The translations under genes and the position numbers were made by a program. The notes beneath the pieces are model-generated. The model was not told the origin of the DNA. It saw nothing but the letters and a program-made list of their open reading frames with translations, and did not search any database. Shown here in pieces: positions 47,598 through 57,426 of a DNA stretch of 59,530 nt; positions within the stretch are counted from its first letter, which is position 1; the number at the start of each line of letters is the position of its first letter. Source of the DNA: a virus (Duplodnaviria; Caudoviricetes); the IMG/VR virus record IMGVR_UViG_3300030110_001912, positions 1 through 59,530 of that record; one strand, given 5' to 3'.

Positions 47598-48569
47598 ATG
47601 GCTAACGCATGGGGGGAAGCCACTTGGGGTCAAAACGCATGGGGTCAACAGTCTGATGTAAATCAAACACCAACAGGTGTGGCGGTAACTGGTGCTACTG
47701 GTGATACTACAGAAACAGGAACTGGTTCGCATACGGTAACTGGTGTTTCATCTACATCTTCAGTTGGTAGTATTACAGCTGGTATATCAGTAAACCCCTT
47801 TACAGTTGATAGTTTATCTTTAACTTCCTCAGTGGGGTCTAACAGTATTGCGTTAGGTAGAATTGAAACACCCTCTGGAGTTAGCTCAACTACTTCGGTA
47901 GGATCTGTAACCATAGACGAAGATTTTTTAACTGGTATTGGTTGGGGTAGAGGTGTATGGGGAGGCAGAGCTTGGGATGTTGCTTACTCAGTTGCTCCGT
48001 CTGGAGTCTCATCAACAAGTGCTATAGGTAGTAATACAGTTACCGCAACTGCTACTGTAAGTGTCTCTGGAGTTTCTTCTACATCTTCTGTTGGAGGAAG
48101 CACTGTCGTTGCAGATGCTAATATTTCTGTAACTGGAATCTCAAGCACAAGTGCTTTAGGAACAATAAATTTAATTCAAACTACCACAGAATCAGTAACT
48201 GGAGTCTCATCTACCAGTTCAGCGGGTGATGTAATTGCAGGATTAAAAACACCAGTTGATGTTACAGGTATTTCGTCAACGAGTGCAGTAGGATCTCTTA
48301 GTATAACAGGAACAGCTACAATCTCAGTAACTGGAGTTTCTAGTACATTTGCAGTTGGTTCTATAACACCAGTATCTGCTTATAGTGTAACTGGAGTTTC
48401 TAGTACATCAGCAGTCGGCTCAGTTTCAGAAACTATATCAGCAGATGGATTAGTAGTTCCTTCAGGGGTGGTGTTGACTGCTTCGGTTGGTACACTTATA
48501 CTAATAGTATGGTCAGAAATAGATACAGGAACAACTGTAACTTGGACAGCAATAGAAACGGCAGCATAG
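47598..48569 (+). CDS. Repetitive S/T/G/V-rich fibre-like protein
   Basis: About a dozen (V/P)(T/S)G(V/I)SSTS(A/S)(V/L)G repeats; WG clusters. Confidence 0.65.
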   Translation: MANAWGEATWGQNAWGQQSDVNQTPTGVAVTGATGDTTETGTGSHTVTGVSSTSSVGSITAGISVNPFTVDSLSLTSSVGSNSIALGRIETPSGVSSTTSVGSVTIDEDFLTGIGWGRGVWGGRAWDVAYSVAPSGVSSTSAIGSNTVTATATVSVSGVSSTSSVGGSTVVADANISVTGISSTSALGTINLIQTTTESVTGVSSTSSAGDVIAGLKTPVDVTGISSTSAVGSLSITGTATISVTGVSSTFAVGSITPVSAYSVTGVSSTSAVGSVSETISADGLVVPSGVVLTASVGTLILIVWSEIDTGTTVTWTAIETAA

Positions 48570-48580
48570 GATAAAAAAAT

Positions 48581-49282
48581 ATGGCATCTACATATTCAAG
48601 TGATTTAAAACTAGAACTTATGGCGACTGGCGAGAACGCAGGCACATGGGGTACGAAGACTAATACAAATTTAAATCTAGTACAACAATCGGTAGCAGGC
48701 TATGAAGCTATTGATGTTGCTAGTGCTGATGTAACTTTAGCAATGACTGATGGAGCTATATCTAATGCAAGAAATGCAACGATAAAACTAACTGGTACAC
48801 TGGCAGCCAACAGAACAGTAACTTTACCAGATAGTTTAGAAAAAGTTTTTAATGTAATTGATGGAACAGATCACGCAGGAAATACTCTTACTTTTAAAAC
48901 GGCTAGCGGAACTGGTGTATTATTATGTGAGGGTAATTGTTATGTTTTGTATTCAGATGGTACAAATGTAGTTTTAGCAAATGAATACAAAAAATGGAGA
49001 GTAATAACTGCTGCAGAAACAGTACAAGCTGGTGCACAATTATTCGTGGACACTAATGGTGGTGCAGTAACAGTAACTTTACCAGCATCTCCCTCAACTG
49101 GAGATGAAGTAACTTTTAATGACCAAAGATTAACTTTTGATACAAATAATTTAACTGTTGGTAGAAATAGTAGTAATATATTAGGATCAGCAGGCGATTT
49201 AGTTATTGCAACAGAGGGTGCAGCATTTACCTTAGTTTTTTCTGGTAATGCTACAACAGGATGGACATATAAAGATAAATAG
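48581..49282 (+). CDS. Putative tail fibre protein
   Basis: GTWG..TN.N N-terminus; VDT.GGAVTVTLPASP..GD domain. Confidence 0.7.
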   Translation: MASTYSSDLKLELMATGENAGTWGTKTNTNLNLVQQSVAGYEAIDVASADVTLAMTDGAISNARNATIKLTGTLAANRTVTLPDSLEKVFNVIDGTDHAGNTLTFKTASGTGVLLCEGNCYVLYSDGTNVVLANEYKKWRVITAAETVQAGAQLFVDTNGGAVTVTLPASPSTGDEVTFNDQRLTFDTNNLTVGRNSSNILGSAGDLVIATEGAAFTLVFSGNATTGWTYKDK

Positions 49283-49290
49283 GAGTAATT

Positions 49291-49848
49291 ATGGCAAATT
49301 ATGAAGCAACTAGGTATAATTTTAACGGATCTAATCTATCTGGTATAGAAGGTATTAATACTGGAGTAATTGTTCCTTGGACTGCTTCTTCTGTTCCATC
49401 AGGATTTTTAGAATGTGATGGTTCGAATGTATCAAGAAGCACTTACTCTGCTTTGTTTGCAGTTGTTGGCACTACTTATGGTGCAGGAGATGGTTCATCT
49501 ACTTTTACATTACCTGATTTACAAGACAATGTGGTGGTAGGAAAATCAGGAACTAAAGCTTTAGCTTCTACTATGGGTGCTAATACCGTAGCTGGTGCTG
49601 GCACTTTAAGTGTAGCCAACCATACTTTATCATTATCAGAAATGGCATCTCACTCACATCCTGGTGCAGCTAGTCCAAGTCCTGGTTTTAGAAGTAATAA
49701 CCCTCCTCAAATGTCAAGGTTTCAAAATGTAGGAAATACTGGAAATGCTGGTGGTGGAGGTGGACACGATCACAATGCTACTTTTTCTGGCACTGCAACT
49801 TCTGTTTTACAACCATATGTAGCTGTGTTATACATTATTAAAACATAG
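49291..49848 (+). CDS. Tail collar domain protein
   Basis: GFLECDG..VSRSTY..LFA..GT.YG.GDG..TF.LPDL; QPY....YIIKT. Confidence 0.9.
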   Translation: MANYEATRYNFNGSNLSGIEGINTGVIVPWTASSVPSGFLECDGSNVSRSTYSALFAVVGTTYGAGDGSSTFTLPDLQDNVVVGKSGTKALASTMGANTVAGAGTLSVANHTLSLSEMASHSHPGAASPSPGFRSNNPPQMSRFQNVGNTGNAGGGGGHDHNATFSGTATSVLQPYVAVLYIIKT

Positions 49849-49856
49849 GAGAGTTT

Positions 49857-50255
49857 ATGTCTACTACTTCAAATTGGACAGTAATATTTGCAGATAAAAT
49901 TATAATTAATCAAAGTGTTAAAAATGATGCTGGTCAACCCCAACCCTATACTATTGATGATGATTCCTTTTGGGGACAATCAAAATTTTCAAATGTGTGG
50001 GCAATTCAATATGTAAAAGATAATTTAGATTATAACGATACAGTAGAATTTAAAGATGGCTCACCACACAAAACTTGGAATGATTCTGGTTTAGGTGATT
50101 TTACAACACAGTTTATAGATAAATGGGATGCAAAACATTTAGCAGCTCTTCAAGCAACTTGGGATGCAAATATAGATTTTTCTGGTGATTCAGAGACAAC
50201 AGAACAAAAAATAGCAAGATTAGGAGCTAGACCCACAAGTTATTCTTCTTACTAA
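49857..50255 (+). CDS. Hypothetical protein (possible fibre assembly factor)
   Basis: WAIQY motif; follows the collar protein. Confidence 0.55.
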   Translation: MSTTSNWTVIFADKIIINQSVKNDAGQPQPYTIDDDSFWGQSKFSNVWAIQYVKDNLDYNDTVEFKDGSPHKTWNDSGLGDFTTQFIDKWDAKHLAALQATWDANIDFSGDSETTEQKIARLGARPTSYSSY

Positions 50256-50857
50256 TGAATCAAAAAAATTTTAATTTAGAAGAGTGTATTGGTACATTTG
50301 ATGGTTTTATACCTGAAGTTATGTGTCAAGAAGCTATTGCATTTTACAAGAACAAAAAAAAATATAATCAAGTTAACGATAGATGGATTACTGAAAATGC
50401 TCCTATAGATGTAAAAACTGATACATCATTAATATTAAGTTGGGAAAATTTACCTGTATGGGAAAAGGAGTTTGAAACCTTAATGATTAATTTATACACT
50501 TGCGTAAAGATGTGGATGAATAGAACTGGTATTCAAGATTATTATAATAATAGAGATTTTGATTACGATTCTATAAAATTACAAGAGACTAAACCAGGTG
50601 AGGGATACCATGTTTGGCATATTGAACATGATATAGTAGAGAGGATGTGTAAAAGAATTGCCTTTTTTATATTGTATTTAAATGATGATTTTAAAGCAGG
50701 AGAAACTGAATTTTTACATCAAAAGAAAAGAATAAATCCTAAAGTAGGTAGAGTCATAGTTTCACCAGCACATTTTCCTTACGTTCATAGAGGTAATCCG
50801 CCTTTGAATAATAACAAATATATAATTACTGGATGGTTACTTTTTAAAAGCATTTAA
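50255..50857 (+). CDS. 2OG-Fe(II) oxygenase (prolyl-hydroxylase-like)
   Basis: WHIE, LYLND...GETEF, HRG..P...KY..TGW. Confidence 0.85.
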   Translation: MNQKNFNLEECIGTFDGFIPEVMCQEAIAFYKNKKKYNQVNDRWITENAPIDVKTDTSLILSWENLPVWEKEFETLMINLYTCVKMWMNRTGIQDYYNNRDFDYDSIKLQETKPGEGYHVWHIEHDIVERMCKRIAFFILYLNDDFKAGETEFLHQKKRINPKVGRVIVSPAHFPYVHRGNPPLNNNKYIITGWLLFKSI

Positions 50858-51447
50858 GTAATTATTTTTTTATTTTTTAATTCTTGCCAATCGTTTTTAT
50901 CTACAAAATTACTTATCAAACTATATCTTTTTTGTTCTTTATTATACTTATTACAATAATGTAATACATATGGAGGTAGTAAATACCAATCTCCACATCT
51001 TGGACTTAAACTCAAACCTAATTCTGGTAAAACTAGGTCAGCTCCTTCACTTAAATATAAAATACTATGATAACAAGTGTGGTTATGGTTTTGCACATAG
51101 TCATCTTTCTCTAACACATTTGCCCAAGCTTGAACTTCAAATTTAGTATCAAAGTGATTAAAGATATGACCTTCTAAAGAATTAACAATTTTATCTATCA
51201 TATACCTTAAAAATAAAACATAATTTTCTTCTTCATTAAAAGCAAAAAAATCTGTTTTTTTTCCATAAACATTAGTTTGGTTTTTATCAAGTTTAGTTTT
51301 TAAATACTCATCTATTTTAATTTTTAAATTATGTAAGATATGTTTTTCTGGGTAATGTCCTTGATATATTTCTACAGTTCTTGGATATGTGATTGTTGTA
51401 GTGTATAAATGTGTTTGATTAAGATTATTAATTCCAGTAATCTTCAT
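50854..51447 (-). CDS. 2OG-Fe(II) oxygenase (HxH type), inverted
   Basis: WAN..HNH..ILYL..P..LH..RYSL. Confidence 0.75.
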   Translation of the reverse strand: MKITGINNLNQTHLYTTTITYPRTVEIYQGHYPEKHILHNLKIKIDEYLKTKLDKNQTNVYGKKTDFFAFNEEENYVLFLRYMIDKIVNSLEGHIFNHFDTKFEVQAWANVLEKDDYVQNHNHTCYHSILYLSEGADLVLPELGLSLSPRCGDWYLLPPYVLHYCNKYNKEQKRYSLISNFVDKNDWQELKNKKIIT

Positions 51448-51497
51448 TTTTCAAAACTAACATAGACTAAATATAATTCAAGTATTATACTATTCAT

Positions 51498-53687
51498 ATG
51501 GCTTTATCAGAAGTAAAAATTGTATCTGGAATAAATAAACAAGTTACACCCACTGGAGCAGAAGGCAAGTGGATAGATTGCGATAATGTTAGATTTCGCT
51601 ACGGATACCCTGAAAAAATAGGAGGATGGGAACAAACTACCTCTAGTACATTAGTTGGTGTCGGAAGAGATACGCATATATGGGCGGATTTAGAGGGAAA
51701 ACGATATATTGTAGTTGGCACAAACAAAGGACTTTTTTTATATTATGCAGGAGCATTTTACGATATAAGTCCTTTAGATACTGCTGTTACTTTATGTACT
51801 TTATCATCAACTAATGGTAGTGCTACAGTTACAGTAAATAAAACAAATCATGGTTTACAGATAGGAGATTTATTTACATTTAGTAGTGTTACTTTACCTG
51901 GAGGAGGTGCTACTAATTTTACTGATGCAAATTTTACTACAAACACTTTTGAAGTATTAACAAGAACTGCAAATAATTTTACAGTAACCATGAGTGCTTC
52001 TGAAGGAGGAAGTGGTATGACAGCCGCAGGATCTGTATCTGTAAATCCTTACTTTAGAGTGGGTGACGCAGTACAAACAGTTGGTTATGGTTGGGGTACT
52101 GGCTTATGGGGTGGAGAAACATCTTCTATTATAAGCACTACTTTAAATGGAGCTTTAGGTGATAACGCATTTGGAACTGGAGGTTCAGGCACAGATATTA
52201 CTTTAACTAGCACTACAGGTTTTAGTTCTTCTGGCACAATATTAGTTGGAGGTGAATTAATATCTTATAGTGGAGTATCCAGTAATGATTTGACAGGTAT
52301 AGTAAGAGGAGTTTCTGGTTCTACTAGAGCTTCTCACGACAGTGGTGCTACAGTAGAAGATGCAACATCTTTTATATCTTGGGGTGAAGCTTCTGGAGAA
52401 GCAGAAGTAAATTTAGAACCTGGAAATTGGTCTTTAGACAACTTCGGAGAAATCTTAATTGCTACAGTTAGAAACAACAAAACTTTTGAATGGATTCCTT
52501 CAGCTACAAATGCTTTAACTACAAGAGCAACTGTAGTTTCTACTAATCCAATACAAAGTGTTATGACTATGGTTTCTGATAGAGATAGACATTTAATACA
52601 CTTTGGAACAGAAACCACTATTGGCACTCAATCTCAAGATAAAATGTTTATAAGATTTTCTGACCAAGAAAATAAATCTGATTACACTCCTACATCCACA
52701 AACACAGCTGGAACTTTTAGATTAGACTCAGGAACTAGAATTGTTGGTGCAGTTAATGTTGGCAGTTACATTTTAATATTAACTAATACCTCTGCTTACT
52801 CTATGACTTTTATAGGACCTCCTTTTACTTTTGGTATTCAACAAGTAGGTAGCAACTGTGGTCTAATGGGTCAACACGCAATGATAGCTGTAAACGGAGT
52901 GGTCTATTGGATGGGACAAGCTGGTGGTTTTTATGTGTATGATGGAACAGTAAAAAAAATAGATTGTTCGGTAGAAGACTTTGTTTTTACCACACAAGAT
53001 ACAAATGATTTAGGAATAAATTTTAATAGTGGTGATATTATTTACGCAGGTTACAATTCTTTATTTAGTGAAATAAATTGGTTTTATCCTAAAAATGGTT
53101 CTTCACAAATAGATAGAGTTGTTTCTCTCAATTATTTAGAGGGTGTATGGACTGTAGGTTCTTTAGGTAGGACTACATATTACGATAAAACTATTTACGA
53201 CAATCCTTATGCAACTGAGTTTAACGCAACTGCTATTCCTAATTTTCCAACCATACAAGGAGCTACTAATACAAATGGTGCTACGACTTTGTATGCACAC
53301 GAAAAAGGTAACAATCAAGTTTTGGCAGATGGCACTGTATCAGCTATAGTTGGTAGTATTCAAAGTGGGGATTTTGAAGTCAAGTTAAACATACCTGGTG
53401 AAGGGGTTACTAGCACAGGAGAGTTTTTTATAAAAATAAGTAGGTTTATACCAGACTTTAGAGCTTTGTCTGGAAATGCAAAAGTAACAATTAATTTAAA
53501 AGATTTTCCATCAAGCACTGAAGCAAGTAGTAGTCTTGGACCTTTTACTGTTTCTTCAACCACAACAAAAGTTGATACTAGAGCTAGAGCTAGAGCAGTT
53601 AATTTAAAAATAGAAAACACTACTACTAATGAAAGTTGGAGATATGGAACATTTAAAGCTGATATTCAAGTAGACGGAAGAAGATAA
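51498..53687 (+). CDS. Tail nozzle/DNA stabilisation-like protein
   Basis: W.D.DNVRF..G.PEKIGGW, IRFSDQE, ends DGRR; beta-rich, 729 aa. Confidence 0.75.
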   Translation: MALSEVKIVSGINKQVTPTGAEGKWIDCDNVRFRYGYPEKIGGWEQTTSSTLVGVGRDTHIWADLEGKRYIVVGTNKGLFLYYAGAFYDISPLDTAVTLCTLSSTNGSATVTVNKTNHGLQIGDLFTFSSVTLPGGGATNFTDANFTTNTFEVLTRTANNFTVTMSASEGGSGMTAAGSVSVNPYFRVGDAVQTVGYGWGTGLWGGETSSIISTTLNGALGDNAFGTGGSGTDITLTSTTGFSSSGTILVGGELISYSGVSSNDLTGIVRGVSGSTRASHDSGATVEDATSFISWGEASGEAEVNLEPGNWSLDNFGEILIATVRNNKTFEWIPSATNALTTRATVVSTNPIQSVMTMVSDRDRHLIHFGTETTIGTQSQDKMFIRFSDQENKSDYTPTSTNTAGTFRLDSGTRIVGAVNVGSYILILTNTSAYSMTFIGPPFTFGIQQVGSNCGLMGQHAMIAVNGVVYWMGQAGGFYVYDGTVKKIDCSVEDFVFTTQDTNDLGINFNSGDIIYAGYNSLFSEINWFYPKNGSSQIDRVVSLNYLEGVWTVGSLGRTTYYDKTIYDNPYATEFNATAIPNFPTIQGATNTNGATTLYAHEKGNNQVLADGTVSAIVGSIQSGDFEVKLNIPGEGVTSTGEFFIKISRFIPDFRALSGNAKVTINLKDFPSSTEASSSLGPFTVSSTTTKVDTRARARAVNLKIENTTTNESWRYGTFKADIQVDGRR

Positions 53688-53705
53688 ATAGAGAGAGAAT
53701 AGTGA

Positions 53706-54047
53706 GTGGAAATAAAAGGAGTAGTAAGTTTTGATAAAGATGTAGTATGGAAAAGTGACCATACCTCTAATCCATATGCAATTGTTTTAAAAGCATCTAA
53801 AATATGGAAATTTACAAAAAACGAATATCCTAAATCATATGAATTTTTTGTAAAATTAATAAAAGAAAATTCTAAAATTTTTAAATGGGGTTTACATAAA
53901 CAAAAATCCTTTAAAGTGTTTTATCATAATCAATTCTGTTATTTTCAAGCACCTCCTGATATAATATATAAAGCTTTTGTAAGTAAAGAAGAAAAAAAGA
54001 AAAAGAAAAAAGTAACAAAAAAAACTAAAGATAAATTAGTATATTAG
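53706..54047 (+). CDS. Hypothetical protein
   Basis: ORF with GTG start. Confidence 0.5.
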   Translation: MEIKGVVSFDKDVVWKSDHTSNPYAIVLKASKIWKFTKNEYPKSYEFFVKLIKENSKIFKWGLHKQKSFKVFYHNQFCYFQAPPDIIYKAFVSKEEKKKKKKVTKKTKDKLVY

Positions 54048-54061
54048 GATGTAAATAGTTT

Positions 54062-54580
54062 ATGGAAAAGTTTAACCCTTTTAATGATTATTTTTACAAG
54101 CATAAATTACAAATAACAAAACAAGAAAAAGAACAAATTTTTATTTTAATAGAAAATACAAAATCTTTTTCTGCGTCTGAAGAAGTTTTGACATCATACA
54201 CAAGAAATAATATTTTAGACTTTCCGATGCTTAAAAACTTAAAAAACAACATAGACGAGATATTAGCTAAACTTGATTTAAATTTGGGTAATAGTTGGGT
54301 GCAATCTTACAAAAAAAATAATCATCACATTATTCATACTCACCCTAATTCTGTTTATAGTGGCATAATATATATTAAGGGTTGTGATAATGGCACAAAG
54401 TTTTTACACCCATATGGAGGTATGTTAGAAAGTATATCTAATAGATTTAATCATATATTTGATAATGAGTTTATAGAAAACTTAATGATTCTTTTTCCAA
54501 GTTTTATATCTCATTATGTAGAAAAACATACTTCAAAAAATGAAAGAATAGTGATAAGCTTTAATACAAAAGATAAATAG
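54062..54580 (+). CDS. 2OG-Fe(II) oxygenase (HxH type)
   Basis: SW..HTH..SGIIY..FPS...H.V..RIVISFN. Confidence 0.82.
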   Translation: MEKFNPFNDYFYKHKLQITKQEKEQIFILIENTKSFSASEEVLTSYTRNNILDFPMLKNLKNNIDEILAKLDLNLGNSWVQSYKKNNHHIIHTHPNSVYSGIIYIKGCDNGTKFLHPYGGMLESISNRFNHIFDNEFIENLMILFPSFISHYVEKHTSKNERIVISFNTKDK

Positions 54581-54582
54581 TT

Positions 54583-54876
54583 ATGATAAAAAAAGACCCT
54601 TTAAAAGGTACAGGAAAAAAACCAAAAGGTAGTGGTAGAAGATTATATACTGACGAGAACCCTAAAGACACAGTACAAATAAAATTTAAAACACCTACGG
54701 ATGCAAGAGAAACTGTTAAGAAGGTAAAAAAATTAAAGAAATCTTTTGCAAGAAAAATACAAATATTAACAGTCATGGAACAAAGAGCAAAAGTTATGGG
54801 AAAATCCAAAGTAGTAGAAATAGCTAAAAAAGGCAAAGAATCTATTAGAAAAACAAATCAGAGGAGCACAGCATAG
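54583..54876 (+). CDS. Small basic protein
   Basis: GTGKKPKGSGRRLYTDENPKDTV, EQRA. Confidence 0.7.
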   Translation: MIKKDPLKGTGKKPKGSGRRLYTDENPKDTVQIKFKTPTDARETVKKVKKLKKSFARKIQILTVMEQRAKVMGKSKVVEIAKKGKESIRKTNQRSTA

Positions 54877-55040
54877 TGGCTAAAATTGTAACTTTTATAC
54901 CAGAGCCAAAACAAGAATATAGCGTGGAAAACCAAAGATTAATAAATTTGGCTTTGTTTCAAATAATAGAAAAATTAAATTTTTCGTATAAACAAGAAAT
55001 ACAAAACGAGCAAAATACTTTTAACTGGTTTTTGTCATGA
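54876..55040 (+). CDS. Small hypothetical protein (not in ORF track)
   Basis: GTG after GAGGAG; 54 aa; ATGA overlap with the next gene. Confidence 0.6.
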   Translation: MAKIVTFIPEPKQEYSVENQRLINLALFQIIEKLNFSYKQEIQNEQNTFNWFLS

Positions 55041-55378
55041 CAATACAATATAAAAATGCTGGCTTTAATTTAAGTACAACTGATACTACTTCAGTTTTAA
55101 CTTCTCCTACAAGTGGTAGGTGTTTGGTAAAACAAATACAAGTGCACAACGGATCTACTGGTAACGTAAATTTAGTAACACAAGTTACCGATACTAGTGC
55201 TTCTACAACTTTTAGAATAGATAATGTTTCTCTTTCAGCTAATACGACTAGACAAATAATATCTCAAACATTAGTGTTGGAAGAGGGGGACATCTTAAAA
55301 CTTACGGCAGGAACAGCTAACGAAATACAAGGCATTATATCTTATGCTTTAATAGATAGAAGCCAAGAGAATGGGTAA
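55037..55378 (+). CDS. Putative virion beta-sandwich protein
   Basis: YKN N-terminus; LVLEEGD.LK. Confidence 0.6.
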   Translation: MTIQYKNAGFNLSTTDTTSVLTSPTSGRCLVKQIQVHNGSTGNVNLVTQVTDTSASTTFRIDNVSLSANTTRQIISQTLVLEEGDILKLTAGTANEIQGIISYALIDRSQENG

Positions 55379-55941
55379 TGCACATTCTTGATGCAGTATA
55401 TCATTATAAAAACACGATACCTGAAAGTTTCTGTAAAAATATTATAGAGTACGCAGATCTAGTTTGTGTTGAAAAAGCAAAGGTAATGAGAGATAAAAAA
55501 AATGTTTTAGATACAAAATCTAGAAACGTATTAAGTTATTTTTTTTCAGAAGATAACAAAAATGATAGTTTATATAAAAATCATTTATTTGCTATATGTG
55601 GAAAAGCAATAAACCATTATGCTACAAAATTTACATTCATGAATGAACATATGAAATTAGAAGACATCAATCTCTTGAAATATGGAAAAGGTCATTTTTA
55701 TCAACCGCATGTTGATGCTCATTATTTATTAAGGAGAACACTATCAATTATTATAAATCTAAATAATGATTATGAAGGGGGTAAAATTTGTTTTCACGAT
55801 AATGAAAAGCAACATAAAGTTTTAGATTATAAATTAGACACAGGTGATTTATTAGTTTTCCCTAGCACTTTTTTATATCCTCATTCTGTGGAAAAAGTAG
55901 AGAGTGGAGTAAGATACAGTATGGTGGCTTGGTTTACATAA
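55378..55941 (+). CDS. 2OG-Fe(II) oxygenase (P4H/PKHD-like)
   Basis: HVD..RTLS..LN.DYEGG..FPS...H.V..G.RYS.V.W. Confidence 0.9.
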   Translation: MHILDAVYHYKNTIPESFCKNIIEYADLVCVEKAKVMRDKKNVLDTKSRNVLSYFFSEDNKNDSLYKNHLFAICGKAINHYATKFTFMNEHMKLEDINLLKYGKGHFYQPHVDAHYLLRRTLSIIINLNNDYEGGKICFHDNEKQHKVLDYKLDTGDLLVFPSTFLYPHSVEKVESGVRYSMVAWFT

Positions 55942-55991
55942 AGTAAAGTTTTTTGTTGATATGTCCTTAACTTTATGCGATATTAAGTGCT

Positions 55992-56186
55992 ATGAAAACA
56001 ATTCATTGTGATTCCGAGACAACATATAGAAATAAAAAAACTAATGTGTTGTACAAAAGTAAAGAAGATGCTCAACACGATGTTGAAAATCCAAATACAG
56101 ATACAAAGCAAGAAGATATAGCGGTAGATACAAAAATAATTGTACCTCCAGAGGCTTTATCTTTACTCAGTGATACACAAGAATGA
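55992..56186 (+). CDS. Small hypothetical protein
   Basis: Promoter-like TTGATA-N17-GATATT just upstream. Confidence 0.6.
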   Translation: MKTIHCDSETTYRNKKTNVLYKSKEDAQHDVENPNTDTKQEDIAVDTKIIVPPEALSLLSDTQE

Positions 56187-56500
56187 AAGTAAAATATGAT
56201 AGGTTTTATTATAAACCTTTACCAGAAGAAGTGTACATAGATAAAAGTAAGATAGAAGGACATGGTATATTTGCATCTTGTAATTTAAAAGAAAAACATG
56301 ATTTAGGTAGTACACATATTAAAGTTCCCATGATAGTTGGATATATAAGAACACCTTTAGGTGGTTTTATTAATCATTCTAGTAAACCAAATTGTTACTT
56401 ATGTATTACACAAGATTGGGATGATTACATAATTTACAATGTAGTAACCTCAAAAAAAATAAAGAAAAATGAAGAGATAGTATTGGAGTACGGAAGATGA
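56183..56500 (+). CDS. SET-domain protein (lysine methyltransferase-like)
   Basis: S.IEG.GIFA, FINHS..PNC, I...EEI..EY. Confidence 0.88.
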   Translation: MKVKYDRFYYKPLPEEVYIDKSKIEGHGIFASCNLKEKHDLGSTHIKVPMIVGYIRTPLGGFINHSSKPNCYLCITQDWDDYIIYNVVTSKKIKKNEEIVLEYGR

Positions 56501-57426
56501 AACCTCAAGGTGGTACAGAAATACAACATAGGTTTTTAGAACACTATGTAGAAGAAGACTTGTTAAATAAGTTTCAAATATGCACTTCTATACCAAACAA
56601 AATACCTATAGATAATAATAAAATAAATATATTATGGCAAAAAAATAGTTACGATCAACCTAACATAGCACCTTGGTTTAAAGACAAAAGCAATCACGAT
56701 AATTATGATTGGTACATTTTTAATTCACATTGGAATTATGAAAAGTTTCGCATGATGTTTGAAGTACCTACTCATAAATGTCATGTGATAAAAAATGGGG
56801 TTAATAATTTTCCAAACAGAATAAGGTTTCATAAAGGCGATAGAGTAAGAATGTTATTTCAAGTTACGCCTTGGAGAGGTCTTAATGTTCTACTTGGTGC
56901 AATGCAACAATTACAAGATGTTAATGTTGAAGTAGACGTGTTTAGTTCTTGTCGTATATACGGAGAAGAGTTTGGAAAATTACACGAAGAAAAGTATGAA
57001 GCTTTGTATGAGCAAGCAAGGAAGTTACCAAATGTAAATTACATAGGATATAAAGAACATTCTTTTATACAAAAAATGATGTATAGGTATCATATGTTTG
57101 CTTACCCTAGTATATGGGAGGAAACAAGTTGTAACTCTGCATTGGAAGCTATGGCTGGAGGATTGTATTGTATTGTGACCAACTATGGAGCTTTGTATGA
57201 AACTTGTTCAGAGTTTCCTGTGTATGTCACTTATGATCAGAATTACAGAGCTTTATCAACTGCTTTTGCACATGCGATACGAGGAGCAGTAGCCACGATA
57301 CACGAACCACAAGTTTATGAACATTTACAGATGCAACAAGAATTTACAAAAAAATTTTATAGTTGGGAAAAGAAAGCTTTAGAGTGGACTACATTTTTAC
57401 GAGGAATATCAGATGCAAAACAATGA
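56497..57426 (+). CDS. Glycosyltransferase, GT-B (GT4-like)
   Basis: GGTE, P.RGL, YPSIWEETSC.SALEAMA.G. Confidence 0.88.
   Translation: MKPQGGTEIQHRFLEHYVEEDLLNKFQICTSIPNKIPIDNNKINILWQKNSYDQPNIAPWFKDKSNHDNYDWYIFNSHWNYEKFRMMFEVPTHKCHVIKNGVNNFPNRIRFHKGDRVRMLFQVTPWRGLNVLLGAMQQLQDVNVEVDVFSSCRIYGEEFGKLHEEKYEALYEQARKLPNVNYIGYKEHSFIQKMMYRYHMFAYPSIWEETSCNSALEAMAGGLYCIVTNYGALYETCSEFPVYVTYDQNYRALSTAFAHAIRGAVATIHEPQVYEHLQMQQEFTKKFYSWEKKALEWTTFLRGISDAKQ

Noticed and set aside
47700-48430. Recurrent GTAACTGGAGTTTC-like DNA repeats as a CRISPR or DGR signal
   Set aside because: In-frame protein repeats with third-position variation; no reverse transcriptase or cas genes
43092-55941. Oxygenases as TET/JBP partners of the C5-MTase
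   Set aside because: Motifs look P4H/PKHD or HxH type and the genes are not linked to the MTase; an HMM check is needed to exclude this
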